Of a stretch of 64,000 nucleotides of DNA, positions 1-12,363 are shown piece by piece. Under the pieces are notes generated by a model. The model was not told where the DNA came from, did not search any database, and saw only the letters and a program-made list of their open reading frames with translations. The stretch's first letter is position 1. Every line of letters starts with the position of its first letter. This stretch comes from Azolla caroliniana (taxonomy: Eukaryota; Plantae; Polypodiophyta). The translations under genes were made by a program, and so were the position numbers. Location of the stretch: positions 8,556,001 to 8,620,000 of the forward strand of contig JBHGNT010000017.1 of NCBI GenBank assembly GCA_043228905.1, given 5' to 3'.

Positions 1-313
1 GACTTTCAAGCATTTTATCTACAATAGACTGAAAGACTTTGTGAGGATTAGGAGATGATCTCAAAAAAGAAATAAAACGTTGTAAAATAAGAATACTTAG
101 ATCAAAAAGTATATTCCCATTGTTTTTGATATATGTTGATGAGCAAAATATAGAAGCAATCCTTAAACATGAACTTGATTTCACACTGGTATAACTATTT
201 CAGATTCATGAACTGGATTTTTTACATTGGCAATTGAAACAGTATTTTGGTATCCAAATAGTTCAATTTCAGACATCACTAACAACTAAAGTTCAAGTAC
301 AATCGAAAGACAA

Positions 314-1324
314 TCAGGCACTAGAGGGTAACTTGGCCGATCTTGTAATGCGCTTGTTGTTGGTGCCAGATTTTTCTGATTTTACATTCTTCTTTATCTT
401 AAAGCCTTTAGGTATGAGCTGACTAAGTGGCACTTCATCATCAGAGGCATCAGAGACAGGCGTGGATGCGCGGGCACCTTGTACTGGTGGCAAGCTTGAG
501 AGAGCAACTATGTTTTCTGCAACTGCAATGCTTGTACACAAATCCACAAAGGTGCTGTCGATAGACAAATTATCACTCATCTCCTGAATGCTTGTACTCC
601 TAGCGATCTTTATTGCCCTATCATCATCACCGATGCCTATACACTCGTTCTTATTAGACTCCTGTATGTGGACCGTGGCAGTAGTCATGGTCAACTCCTC
701 TTGTACGGTGGATGTCACCTCATTCTTAAGACAATGTTGTTTGCTCTGAGTACAATCAGGCCCACCTTCATTAGTAACGTTGTTCGCTCTACACTCCTCA
801 TGGGATTCTGTACAATTAGGCTTATCTTCAGGGAAAGCGATGTTCTTTCCACGATCCTCATGGGCTTCACAAGACACTACTAGCACATTCTCAGTACAAT
901 CAAGCTCCTCTTCATTACTAGCAATGTTCTTTCCATGATCCTCATGGGAATCTTTAGATAGTACTAGCACATTATCAGTACAATCAGTCTTCTCTTCAGC
1001 ACTTGCCACATTATCAGTACAATCAGTCTTCTCTTCAGTACTTGCCATATTCTTTCCACACTCTTCATGGGCTTCAATCTTCTCTTCAGTACTTGCCATA
1101 TTCTTTCCACACTCATAGGCTTCTTTAGACAGTGTTGTTTGTACATGCCAGCTGCTCTTCACATATGAATGCTTCGTTTTTCTCACAATCCTCATGTGTG
1201 GAAGATGTGCTTCCAGAGTCTGCCTCCTTGCAAAGGTTAATTTGATTCTGACTCTGATGGGAATCTGATTCTGCACTTGTGCTCCATGAAGTTCCCGATT
1301 CATTTGATTGCAGTTGGGAATCAT
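314..1324 (-). CDS. Low-complexity acidic ORF with internal ~17-aa repeats (EECGKNMASTEEK); function unknown, possibly a downstream exon of the RING gene or TE-derived
   Basis: 336-codon ORF; degenerate ~51-bp tandem units at ~700-1130; no recognisable domain. Confidence 0.3.
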   Translation of the reverse strand: MIPNCNQMNRELHGAQVQNQIPIRVRIKLTFARRQTLEAHLPHMRIVRKTKHSYVKSSWHVQTTLSKEAYECGKNMASTEEKIEAHEECGKNMASTEEKTDCTDNVASAEEKTDCTDNVLVLSKDSHEDHGKNIASNEEELDCTENVLVVSCEAHEDRGKNIAFPEDKPNCTESHEECRANNVTNEGGPDCTQSKQHCLKNEVTSTVQEELTMTTATVHIQESNKNECIGIGDDDRAIKIARSTSIQEMSDNLSIDSTFVDLCTSIAVAENIVALSSLPPVQGARASTPVSDASDDEVPLSQLIPKGFKIKKNVKSEKSGTNNKRITRSAKLPSSA

Positions 1325-2194
1325 ATTGCTCTTGTAAACCTAATTAATGGGATTCCAAAGAATATTGGTATGAACTCACATACTCAAAAGTTTGCAAACA
1401 ATGAACATAGGGTTTAGGGCCACATTTTTACCTAATGTTACATCGTCATACTGTACAGCCGTAGACGCCCCATTGCAAGTGGTGGGCTCGGTCATCTTCT
1501 CCACAACATCTAGGTGCTCAACAGTGTTGTTATGATCTATAATAACAACAAAAATAGGGTTGTTATGAGCTAAATCATTGTTTTCAAAGTCTGGCTTTTG
1601 ACGTGTACCTGGGAGTGTGATAAATTCGTCTTCATGATCAGGTTTTGGACTCGTATCTCCGTCACCAAATATCATTTCATCATCAGCTAGTAACACAAGT
1701 ACATGGTATTAGACAATGGATTAGGTTGACAATGCTCCAGACAGGTGAGAACTTATATGACTCACCATTGCATTCAACTTTGCCTTTCTTGCCGTTTCCA
1801 TACAACATTCTTGCAGCATTTCTCTTCTTACTGGGCTCTATTTGTAAAGAAACTGCATTTCTCTTCTTAGTGGGCTCTATTTCTTGATGTTGACCGGAGC
1901 TTGGGGAATTTGTTTGTAGAAGCATATGTTCCACTGCTCCAATGGCCCTTCTCATACATTCATCCTCATCATAAAAATCATAGGTTATTGATAATGATGG
2001 TCCCTGAACCTTGGAATGTGCAGCAGATATTGAGGGTTTAGGCTACAGGGGCTGGTTGTTCCATTACCTTCCCTGGCGTGGAGTTGCTTGACACTACAAC
2101 ATTCATTGCAAGAAACAAAAAAACCTTGAATGTTAGTACCATCATCTAAAATATATAATGTAGGTCACAAGAGCTGCTTCCCATTTTACACAAT

Positions 2195-3340
2195 GTACCA
2201 ATCATGAACAATGTACTACTCACATAGTTCCTAAATTACTGAACTAGTACTAATAAGGAACACTGTACTGCTCACTTAGTTCCCAATTTACACGATTAGT
2301 ACTAATCATGCACAATATACACAAGTAGTACTAATCATGCACAATATACTACTCACTTAGTTACCAAATTACACAAGTACTAATCCCGAAAAATGTACCA
2401 CTGACTTAGACAAATTAATAAGTAGTACTAATCTTGAACAATGTACTACTCACTTATTTCCTAAATCACTGAACTAGTACTAATCCCGAACAATGTACTG
2501 CTCACTTAGTTCCCAATTTACACAAGTAGTACTAATCATGCACAATATACTACTCACTTAGTTACCAAATTACACAAGTACTAATCCTGAAAAATGTACC
2601 ACTGACTTAGTCAAATTAATAAGTAGTACTAATCTTGAACAATGTACTACTCACTTATTTCCTAAATCACTGAACTAGTACTAATCCCGAACAATGTACT
2701 GCTCACTTAGTTCCCAATTTACACAAGTAGTACTAATCATGCACAATATACTACTCACTTAGTTAGCAAATTACACAAGGAGTACTAATCCCGAACAATG
2801 TACTGCTCACTTAGTTCCCAATTTACACAAGTAGTACTAATCATGCACAATATACTACTCACTTACTTACCAAATTACACAAGGAGTACTAATCCCGAAC
2901 AATGTAATGCTCACTTAGTTCCCAATTTACACAAGTAGTACTAATCATGCACAATATACTACTCACTTAGTTAGCAAATTACACAAGGAGTACTAATCCC
3001 GAACAATGTACCACTGACTTAGTCAAATTACACAATTAGTACTAATCCTGAACAATGTACTACTCAACAATGTACCACTGACTTAGTCAAATTACACAAT
3101 TAGTACTAATCCTACAAAATGTACTACTCACTTATTTTCTAGATTACTGATCTAGTACTAATAAGGTACAAAACTAGTACTAATAAGGAACAAAGTACTA
3201 CTCAGTTCCCAAATTACAAAACTAGTATTAATCATGAGCAATGTACTAGTAACTTAGTTCACAAAGTACAGAACTAGTACTAATCATGAACCATGTAGTA
3301 CTTACTAAGTACTAATCCAACAAATGTAGATTGGTATTTT
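2195..3340. repeat. AT-rich minisatellite, ~50-52-bp unit around the palindrome TAGTACTA, with a ~201-bp higher-order period
   Basis: Unit tagtactaatcccgaacaatgtactgctcacttagttcccaatttacacaag; the block acaagtagtactaatcatgcacaatatac recurs at ~2321, ~2522 and ~2723. Confidence 0.9.
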
Positions 3341-3862
3341 GCACACAAGTAATACTAAACATGATATGTCTTCTACACACCTAGTTACATAACTTGTACT
3401 AATTACACCAACAGTATTAGTACTAAACGTGATATGTGTTTGACACACCTCATTTCCAAATTACAATAATTGTACTATTATTTAGCAATTTACTATACAC
3501 CTTGTTCCCAAATTACATTACTAGTACTAATTCCCAAGTTACACAAACAATACTAACAGTCAACAGTGTACTATAAGTATAGTGTTTACTAAACTAATAC
3601 TAGGCAAGTTGCAATATAGATTGGACGATGTTGTACCTGGTTCCCTTTTAGTACTACTAATTCTGGAAAATATCCCTTCAACTACACATACCAATTATAT
3701 ATTAAGAGTACTGCCAATACTAACCCACATAATTAGGGTTCCACATAATAGTTGTTAGAGATTACACTAAATTTGAAGTATGAGTTGTGGCATACACTAG
3801 TTCTAGTCCAAATGTTAATTGACATCATATAATACAAACAATAGAATAGTAGAGCCACATAC

Positions 3863-5195
3863 CGTACGGGTGTACTTTTAAACCCCAAGCATAGTACCAC
3901 TCAGCCGCAATTGTAGTTTTACAGTCCATACATGTATTCTCTTTCTCAAAATGATACTTAGCACATAGCACATGATATGTGTGCAAGCATGGTGTAATCA
4001 CAACATCCATAGCCTCCAGCTTGAATCCGAGGCCACAAAATATACACCTGGAAGATTGCAAACACAAGTTATAATATATTAGCTGCTCACTTATTTATAC
4101 CAGAGAAGTAGAAATAAATAACTTTTAAAGCCAATACCGTGATATAGCTATACTAATAATGGTACTTTCTATACCACTTGGGTGCTCAATTACAGATGGA
4201 CACAAAGTATCAAAACCATTTTGTTTTAAATCCTGCATCAAGCATGCAAGGTTCTCAGAATGCAACTTTAAGGCTGACAACTTATTATCTATTTCTTCAT
4301 GTGCATTCCTGCAAGTATCAAGGTCTCTCATCTGTGAACCTAATTGAGTGCCCATATTGTTTAGCTCTTTCTTCAACTCCTCTTTCAACACCTCACTTTC
4401 TGAATTTTGGATTGTCGATGCAATCCATTCATATGTAGTTTTTATTGAAGAAAATTTCTTTTCTGCCTGTATCTCAGCTGATTTAACTGCTTCCAAATCA
4501 GCAAGTAGTGTTTGTATTCTTGAGCTCATAGAAGCTATGCAACCGGCCATCATCTGTTCATGCTTTTCAGTCATTGTGGCCCGTACCTTTGCCTCTAGAA
4601 CTTGGTGGACAGGTGTTATAGCTAGAATATCCACATGAGAGGTTCCAGATGACTTCAAGCCAGTGTTGGTACTGGAGGACCCTTTGTAATGTTCTGACCG
4701 GTGCCGATTAAAATCTTCCCAATTTACGTCAATGCCACCTTGAACTTCACATGCAAAAGCACGTGCAAAAACAATACCCACCTCATTGTTAGTGATTTGA
4801 TTTGTATCATAAACATGTTCGTATCTCGTCTTCAATAAATTCATGTATTCCCTCTTCAAACCACTTATGTGGAATCCTCGCCTTGTGTCGGGATGTGCTG
4901 ACCCCCAGGTTTTTAACAACCACTCTCTCAACTCTGGATAAACGTCAGGTCGTGCTCGAAGGAAATAATTCCATCCAAGAGGTGTGTCTCGACTGATGGA
5001 GTGGTACATCTTCTTTCTTTGTGTTGATGAATTCATCACCCTTTCTCTTGTGGGTGTCTTCTTGCTTTCTTTCATGGGTGTTCTTCTTCCTTCCTTCACT
5101 GGTGTCTTCACTTTCTCTTTCATCAATGTCTTCTTTATGGGTGTCCTTCTCGTCATTGTCCTAGTGAACACAATTCTCAGGGAATGAATATGCAT
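3863..5195 (-). CDS. Spliced gene: basic N-terminus, coiled coil and RING-H2 finger (putative E3 ligase); exons 5195-4138 and 4047-3863, further exons unresolved
   Basis: GT..AG intron 4137-4048 joins the two ORFs in frame (ISR|CIFC); RING-H2 ligands CIFC...CLHTYHVLC...CMDC; next GT donor at 3862. Confidence 0.65.
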
Positions 5196-6004
5196 GTACT
5201 AGAAGAAAACTCAAGCAATTACCATCAACACATAGCAAATCATCACATTGCATGTACAAACCATGTCAAACACACAATAACCCTAAATAGTCGAAAAAAA
5301 CTCATCCATGTCAAACACACAAACAATAAAAACAGACGGATAGGAAAGTCAAAGAAAACGAAAACATTGTAAATCATCATAGCCAACTCCATCCCATCGC
5401 ATGTACAAGCCATGTCAAACACACAAAAACCCAAAATAGTCGGAAAAACACTCATCCATGTCAAACTCACACAAAATAAAACAGATGGACAGGAAACAAG
5501 AACAAAACGAAAACATAGCAACTCATCATAGCCAACTCCATTTACGTTGCATGTACAAACATGTCTAACACACAACCACCTCGATCAAAATATTGTCATA
5601 CATTTTTAAAAGAAACTCAGAGAAAACAAAAACATACCAGTTGGGCATGCAACACATAGACTATGAATAATCAAACCCTAAAAATGACCATACACATGCA
5701 AATAAAAAATAGACAGACAGGAAACATTCAGAAAAAGAAAACATACCAGTTGGGCATGCAACACAGAGAATACATGGAGGTCGTACAACTTGCAGAGGTA
5801 CCACACCGTGTTGATTTCGACAAACGAGGCTGCTGCAGAGGAGACAAACGAGCATAGACAGAGGAAACAAACGAGCATACACAAGGAAGGAAAATTAACA
5901 ACACATACAACGAGCAGGGGAAACAAAATCTCTGCGTTCAGAGATCGAACCTGGCACAGAGGGGAACACAAGAACAGCTACGCGGGGAAACAGAGAATCG
6001 AAGG

Positions 6005-6147
6005 TGGAGTGAGAGAGAGAAACAGAAAGAAAGAAAGAAACAGAGCTTTGAAGGTGGAGTGAGAGAGAGAAAGAGAGAGATAGACCTGTAATAGATATGT
6101 CGTCTTTCTTTAACTTTCTGCCACTGTCTGTCTGACAACTTCGAGAC

Positions 6148-6181
<34 letters not shown>

Positions 6182-6258
6182 GTGAGTGAGTGAGAGAGAG
6201 AGACATACCAATTGACACGTTCGACTACCCATACTAGAGAGAGAGAGAGAGAGAGATA
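6005..6258. repeat. (GA)n/(GAGT)n microsatellite cluster upstream of the RING gene
   Basis: GA runs at ~6150-6200 and ~6236-6256. Confidence 0.85.
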
Positions 6259-6656
6259 CTGAGACTGACCAACTGTCACAATGGATACCTTCTCCAGGTG
6301 TGCTTTCGTACAACTCTACCTAGGAGACTGGGGCAACAATTAATGTATTAAATATGGCCTAGGGACATTTCGAGTGTGACGTAATGAATTTGTTTTTTGT
6401 TTTTTGAAACTTATTTACAATTTTTAATGTTTATTTTCTTCTTCAATTTAGTACTAAATTTTTGGCCAAAAGTAGGTACACCGTAGCATGCTTCGACCCA
6501 GAGATATGATTGCTTGACGTAAGTTTTAAAAGGAATTCAATTTGTTGGAGAGTTTTTACCCTCCGCTAATGAAACTCTCGAACAACCTAACTTTGTCAAA
6601 GGGAATTGTAAGGTTTTCGCGTGTCCATCTTAAGTAGTGTTGTAAATAACATGGTG

Positions 6657-6728
6657 TGCGCTTGCCGAGAGTTGAACTCGGGTCTATTGCTTGGAAGGCG
6701 ATTATCCTAACCGTTGGACTACAAGCGC
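6657..6728 (-). tRNA. tRNA-Gly-TCC: tRNA-Gly(TCC), near-intact array copy
   Basis: Minus strand GCGCTTGTAGTCCAACGGTTAGGATAATCGCCTTCCAAGCAATAGACCCGAGTTCAACTCTCGGCAAGCGCA; 7-bp acceptor stem, D arm, TCC anticodon, paired T stem; one C-A mismatch in the anticodon stem; closely resembles plant nuclear tRNA-Gly(TCC). Confidence 0.75.
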
Positions 6729-7342
6729 AATTTGAACCTACTTCCAAGGGAATTTTATCCCAAACAAAAAATATACAAGATAAAATTATTATCAATGTGA
6801 GTCCTTAACCTTTACCAATTATTACTTGAGCTAGCAAATAGTGAGCCTTACTTTCTTCTAACAAGTCCACAAGAACGGCTTGTTTGAGCTAATTTCATCC
6901 TGTGTTCTTACAATCTAGTTATGAAACTCGTCCAACAACGTCATATTCTCGAATAAAATAAAATAGATTTTCTTTATCCAATTGAAGTTCTGGTCTAAAG
7001 CACATAGCGTACTTTTGCGTAATGTTGAAACGTGGTCTATTGCTTTCAAGAAAAATATCCTAATTGTAGCGCTACAAGCGCAAATATATCTCATATAAGC
7101 CTGAGTCATTAATCATTACCATTTTTTATGTTGGAAAGAAAAAGGTGACCCTAACATTCTTATAAGATAGAAACGACGCTAGTTTAGAGAAACGATTATT
7201 TGACGAAAGATTTATAGGAATTCAATTTGTCGGAGAGTTTTTACACTCCGCTAATCAAACTCTCGAACGACCTGACTTTGTCAAAAGGGAATTGTATGGT
7301 TTTCACGTTTCCATCTTAAGTAGCGGTGTAAATAACATGGTG

Positions 7343-7414
7343 TGCGCTTGCCGAGAGTTGAACTCGGGTCTATTGCTTGGAAGGCGATTATCCTAACCGT
7401 TGGACTACAAGCGC
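7343..7414 (-). tRNA. tRNA-Gly-TCC: tRNA-Gly(TCC), second near-intact copy
   Basis: Same 72-nt sequence as 6657-6728. Confidence 0.75.
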
Positions 7415-8066
7415 AATTTGAACCTACTTCCAAGGGAATTTTATCCCAAACAAAAAATATACAAGATAAAATTATTGCTGAGTAATTGCATATCAATGCG
7501 AATTCTTAACCTTTACCAATTGTTACCTGAGCGAACGAATAGTGAGCTTTACTTTCTTCTAGCATACAAATGAAACAAGTACAGGAAACAACTTGTTTGA
7601 ACTACTTTGTTCCCTTGTTCTTACAACCTCGTTTTGAAACTCGTTGAGCAATGCCATATTCTCGAATTGAATCGTATAGATTTTGATTGTCCCATTGAAG
7701 TACTGCTCTAAAGCACATAGCTTGCGCTTGCGGAATGTGGAAACCTGGTCTTTTGCTTTCCAGAAAAATATCCTAACCGTAGGCCTACAGGTGGACAGCT
7801 ATCTCATATGAACCCCAGTCCTTAATCTTTACCATTTTTAATGTGAGTGAGGAAAAGGTGAACAAAAGGTGACCCTAACGTCCTTATAAGATAGAAACGA
7901 AACTAGTTGAGAGATATGATTGCTTGATGTAAGATTTAAAAGGAATTCAATTTGTTGGAGAGTTTTGACCCTCCGCTAATGAAACTCTCCACCAACGTGA
8001 CTTTGTCAAAGGGAATTGTAAAGTTTTTACTTTTCCATCTTAAGTAGTGTTGCAAATAACATGGTG

Positions 8067-8138
8067 TGCGCTTGCCGAGCGTTGAACTCGGGTCTATTGC
8101 TTGGAAGGCGATTATCCTAACCGTTGGACTACAAGCGC
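8067..8138 (-). pseudogene. tRNA-Gly(TCC) copy with a T-loop substitution
   Basis: ccgagcgttgaac instead of ccgagagttgaac; otherwise matches type A. Confidence 0.6.
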
Positions 8139-8727
8139 AATTTGAACCTATTTAAATTAAATTTCCTCAGAAAGAAATAGTATACAATATAAAATTATTG
8201 TTGAGTAATTGCATATCAATGTGAGTTCTTAACCTTTACCAAGTCTTACCTGAGCAAACGAATAGTGAGCCTTACTTTCTTTTGGCATACAAGCGAAACA
8301 AGTCTACAAAAACAGCTTGTTTAAGCTACATTGTTCCCGTGTTCTTACAACCTCGTTATGAAACTCGTCTAACAACGTCATACTCTGGGATTGAATCGTA
8401 TAGATTTTTATTGTCTAATTGAAGTACTCTTCTAAAGCACATAGCGTGCGCTTACGGAATGTCGAAGCCTGGTCAATTGCTTTCCAAAAAAATATCCTAA
8501 CTGTAGGGGTATAGGTGCACATATATCACATATGAATCTGAGCCCTTAATCTTTACTATTTTTTATCTGAGTGAGCAAAAGGTGACCGTAACGTTCATAT
8601 AAGATAGAAACGAAACTAGTTTAGAGTAACGACTGTTTGACGAAAGATTTATAGGAATGCAATTTGTTGGCGAATTTTTACCCTGTGACTTTGTGAAAGG
8701 GAATTGTAAAGTGTTCACTTTTCCATC

Positions 8728-9254
8728 TGTTAAGCCTTGGAATAACAAGACAACCAGTCACGAATAAGAACGCACCAACAAGGACGTAGTACGAAGAGGA
8801 AACGGCAAGAGGAAAGGAAAGCAAAGAGACGGTCAAGTGTGAAAGGCCCATACCCTAAACGTGAAAGCTATATAACGATCTCCTATTGATTAGAGCTAGA
8901 GCTTCCTCTCCTTCTTCTTGTAACCTTTGAGCTTAAGAGAGATTAGTGAAGTGTTTAGTTAGAGAACACTAATCTCTCTCCTTGTTGGTGGTAGACCTCT
9001 TAGCAAAGAGGGTTAATAATAGACATACTCTTCTTTTTTATTGTCTATACCTATTAATCTATTGTCTATGAGAGAGAGCTTGAGAGAGTGAGAGAGATAT
9101 TGTGCTCGATCATTTGCTAATCGTTAAGTGAGTGTGAGGCTCGGAGGTATCCAACAAACATCTCCGCCCGATTCGCCATCAAGAGGGTATACGCCGGTCC
9201 GAATCCCGCCACGACATCGAGGAGCTTATTCCATCGATACATAGATCCTTAACA
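8728..9254 (+). repeat. 5' LTR of the Athila-like element
   Basis: TGTTAAG...CTTAACA inverted termini; TATA-like ctatataa at ~8868; followed by the PBS. Confidence 0.88.
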
Positions 9255-9260
9255 TCTATT

Positions 9261-9278
9261 TGGCGTCGTTGCCAGGGA
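9261..9278 (+). promoter_or_regulatory. Primer binding site, tRNA-Asp type
   Basis: TGGCGTCGTTGCCAGGGA resembles the Athila PBS TGGCGCCGTTGCCGGGGA. Confidence 0.8.
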
Positions 9279-9364
9279 ACCGACCGACGCTTGAAGCCTA
9301 TTTTCGAGTAGTCAAAAACTTGGAGGCAAACCACTCAACGAAGGAAGAAATCGCAAGGGAACCA

Positions 9365-9945
9365 CCATTTTCTGTTTTCTCATCATTTCATAGTTTAATT
9401 AAGTCCATATTCTTTTTTTTTCATCATTTCATAGTTTATTTAAGTCCATTTTCTGTTTTTTCTTCATTTCATAGTTTAATTAAGTCCAATTTCTGTTGTT
9501 TAGCATCATTTCGTAGTTTAATTAAGTCCATTTTCTGTTTTTTCTCATCATTTCATAGTTTAATTAAGTCCATTTTCTGTTTTTTCTCATTATTCCATAG
9601 GTTAATTAAGTCAATTTTTTGTTCATTCGCTCGGTTAACATTAAACATTGTGGAGATAAGGCCGTTACAGGGCAAGCATAATCACCGCGAGTATTGCGAC
9701 TGACGATCACTCCACGGGTTACGAAACGACCGTTGGCGCCAAAAAGTTTAAACAACCTTCGACGAAGATCCAACCTTCGCCGAATATACAAACTTCGACG
9801 AATATACAATCTTCAACGAACCTTCATCCTTCGACAAAGATTCAGCCTTCGACGAATATACAATCTCGACGAATCTTCATCCTTAGACGAAGATTCAGCC
9901 TTCGACGAAGATTCAACCTTCGAATAATATTCATCCTTCGACGAA
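9365..9945. repeat. Two short tandem arrays in the 5' leader: ~42-bp units, then ~18-bp cttcgacgaa units
   Basis: ccattttctgttttttctcatcatttcatagtttaattaagt ~6 times (9365-9620); ttcgacgaa ~10 times (9757-9945). Confidence 0.85.
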
Positions 9946-9969
9946 CCTATAAAAGCTTGGCCAGAAAAC

Positions 9970-12363
9970 ATGGCCGGATCCTCATGGACAGAGATGTTCA
10001 AAACCCGACCCGCACGCCCGAAGGAGTCCACGCAAACCAACCAAACCCACGATGCCATCCCACCTAACCCAACTTAGTACCACAGAGGGTGGCTAACTCC
10101 AGGGATACTACCAAACATGAACCTCCCATCGAGCCCAGGAACTAAAGCACTTCTCAACACACCCCCACTAAAGGAGAGCCCAATGGCAGACCCACTCAGT
10201 GTAGAACGACATATACGAGACGCAACACAAGAGTTATGGGTGATAGAACAGGAAATCAACCTATGGACAATACAGCTTGCGAAAGGAGGACAACCGGAAA
10301 GCACCACTCGAGATATCGAAGCCGCTTTGGCAGAAAGGAAGGATAGATTCGCACGAGTGCAACAAAAACTTCACCTCCTAGAAACATCGTCGCACATGCA
10401 CCGCCGAAGTCAGGAGCACAACCCCGTACCATGTTCGAGCACAACGGGCGATAGCCCGAATGAAGCCCACGCACAACGACACCCGACACCACCACGCATG
10501 GGCACAATCCCTACACCTGACCAAGCTACCCCTACACCCCCAAATGCCGAACTCGCACTAGCGCTACAATACATCCAAACTCTCGTAGCATTGATGGAAA
10601 AAGAGCGAGCACCCACAGACCATCCAAGAAACCTCACAAATGACAGTGGGAAGAGTGCTTCCATTTCTAAACTAGTACCCCGTTTCCTCAGTTTCGGCGA
10701 TGCCTATGACCATGTCAAGAGGTTCAAACAGATTTGTCGCGCTTATGAACCCCTCACAGAGATCACCAAGGTAGCCACGTTTGGACTTACACTTGATGAC
10801 CAAGCCGGAATCTGGTTTCGAAACTTGAATGAAGACATCGCCGCTGATTTCGAGTATGTCATCGAGGATTTCTTGATAAACTTCGCTCGCAAAGGGAATA
10901 AATGGAACCCAATTGAACAACTTTTCGCCCTTAAGCAAGAAGCGAACGAAACGGTCAAAGACTACATACGTCGCACGAAAAGCCTACATCATCATTGTAG
11001 TCCGAGCGACAAGATGTCGGATGACAAGTTGATGAGCCGTTTCATTAATGGGTTGTTCGATCCGACACTCCAAAATTTCCTGATTGCTAGGATGTGTCGA
11101 TCATTTGCTGAAGCCTGCACGATAGTGATGACCTTTGAAGATTCGATGAGTGGGTTACAAATACCCACTCACGCACCCACGAACAACCATGAGAAATCCT
11201 CCGACTCCACCCCTGCTCTACCCACACCACCACGAACACCCCGTATAGAAAAACCCCAAGCATACGCCCAACGAGAAAATGTAAGGTGCACGGTATGTCA
11301 CAGACACCACACGGGACATGAGTGTCCCCTCCTTCATCAACGACGACCGCAATACTGTAAGTGGTGCAAAGCTTTCGTGATGCAAACGCAAGAGAACTGC
11401 TGGCAAGCCCCCACTGGAAGGTGCGGCCAAACGCCAATGGTGGAACACCCACGCTCACCTCCACCACTTAGCCGCCCACCACTACCAGCATTACTCCCTC
11501 AACAACCCCCACTACCGCGCATTGGCGCCCGCCTCACCGAACTGGAGTATACCACAGATAACCAAACCCAAGTCGGGGCGAGTACCCCCGAATATGAAGA
11601 CTCGTACTAGGAGTATGGCATTGAGGAAGAGGTGTTGTCCCATTTCGTGGATTTTGAAGGCGACCAAATATCAGTGTACGTCTTGAGAGGGGAACAACGT
11701 GGACCCCTTACAAGATACCGCAACAACAATGGTCTAAGGAGGTTAGAATTGAAATGCTTCAACTGCCAAGGCCCACATATGGTTAGTGAGTGCCCAACCA
11801 AACATGAATACTACAACCGGATGGCCCAACGACCACGACACCTCCCACTCGACACGCCCCCGCAACCACTGGCGCAAGGTCTCACCCAACAGTCGCAAGA
11901 CCTTATCGAATGGTTCCAAAGAGAAGCATCATGCCCAAGGTGCGGTAAACAACACCTAGTACCTGATTGCCCAGAAAAGAAGCAAAGGGTCGGCACAAAC
12001 TTGTTATCCATTGTACCATCCGCGATCGGTGCCAATGTCATCACACGAGCCCAATGAGTAGCGCAAAATTTAAAATACCAAGAGCAAGGTCTCCCCGTGA
12101 CCGCGCGTAAGAGACGCAAATCTAGAAAGAATAATTCCACGCAGACCTCAAAACAAGATCAAGAACCGGAGGGAGACACAGAAACATTACCTGTCAATCC
12201 GAATCAAGAACTACCGGCACCCCTAGCAGCATACCCAAACCCAATAGCTAAGAAACAAAAGGTAGAAGAATACATCAAGCTCATACAGCATGAACAGTTT
12301 GAAAAATCACTTAGCCTCCCCAGCTTAAACTTCGACCAACTAGAAGACCATTCCTACGTATAA
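9970..12363 (+). pseudogene. gag: gag of the Athila-like element, with in-frame stops and several zinc knuckles
   Basis: One frame from ATG 9970 through ORFs 10117, 11632 and 12097; gag motif LKQEANETVKDYIRR; CFNCQGPHMVSEC and CPRCGKQHLVPDC. Confidence 0.8.

Larger units (their letters stand above)
6495..8727 (-). repeat. tRNA-Gly(TCC)-derived tandem array, left part (~350-bp monomers, ~700-bp dimers)
   Basis: Type A tRNA copies at 6657, 7343, 8067 alternate with degenerate type B copies at ~7008, ~7722, ~8446; flanks are homologous. Confidence 0.92.

Noticed and set aside
2195-3340. CRISPR-like regular palindromic repeats
   Set aside because: The intervening sequences are themselves repeated, there are no cas genes, and the context is eukaryotic
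7005-7082. Type B copies read as tRNA-Ser (TGA/GGA at the anticodon position)
   Set aside because: Anticodon and T stems are broken and there is no long variable arm; they are decayed Gly copies
8723-8735. tRNA-targeted integration of the Athila-like element
   Set aside because: One event within a 9-kb array, downstream of a truncated tRNA; no evidence of targeting
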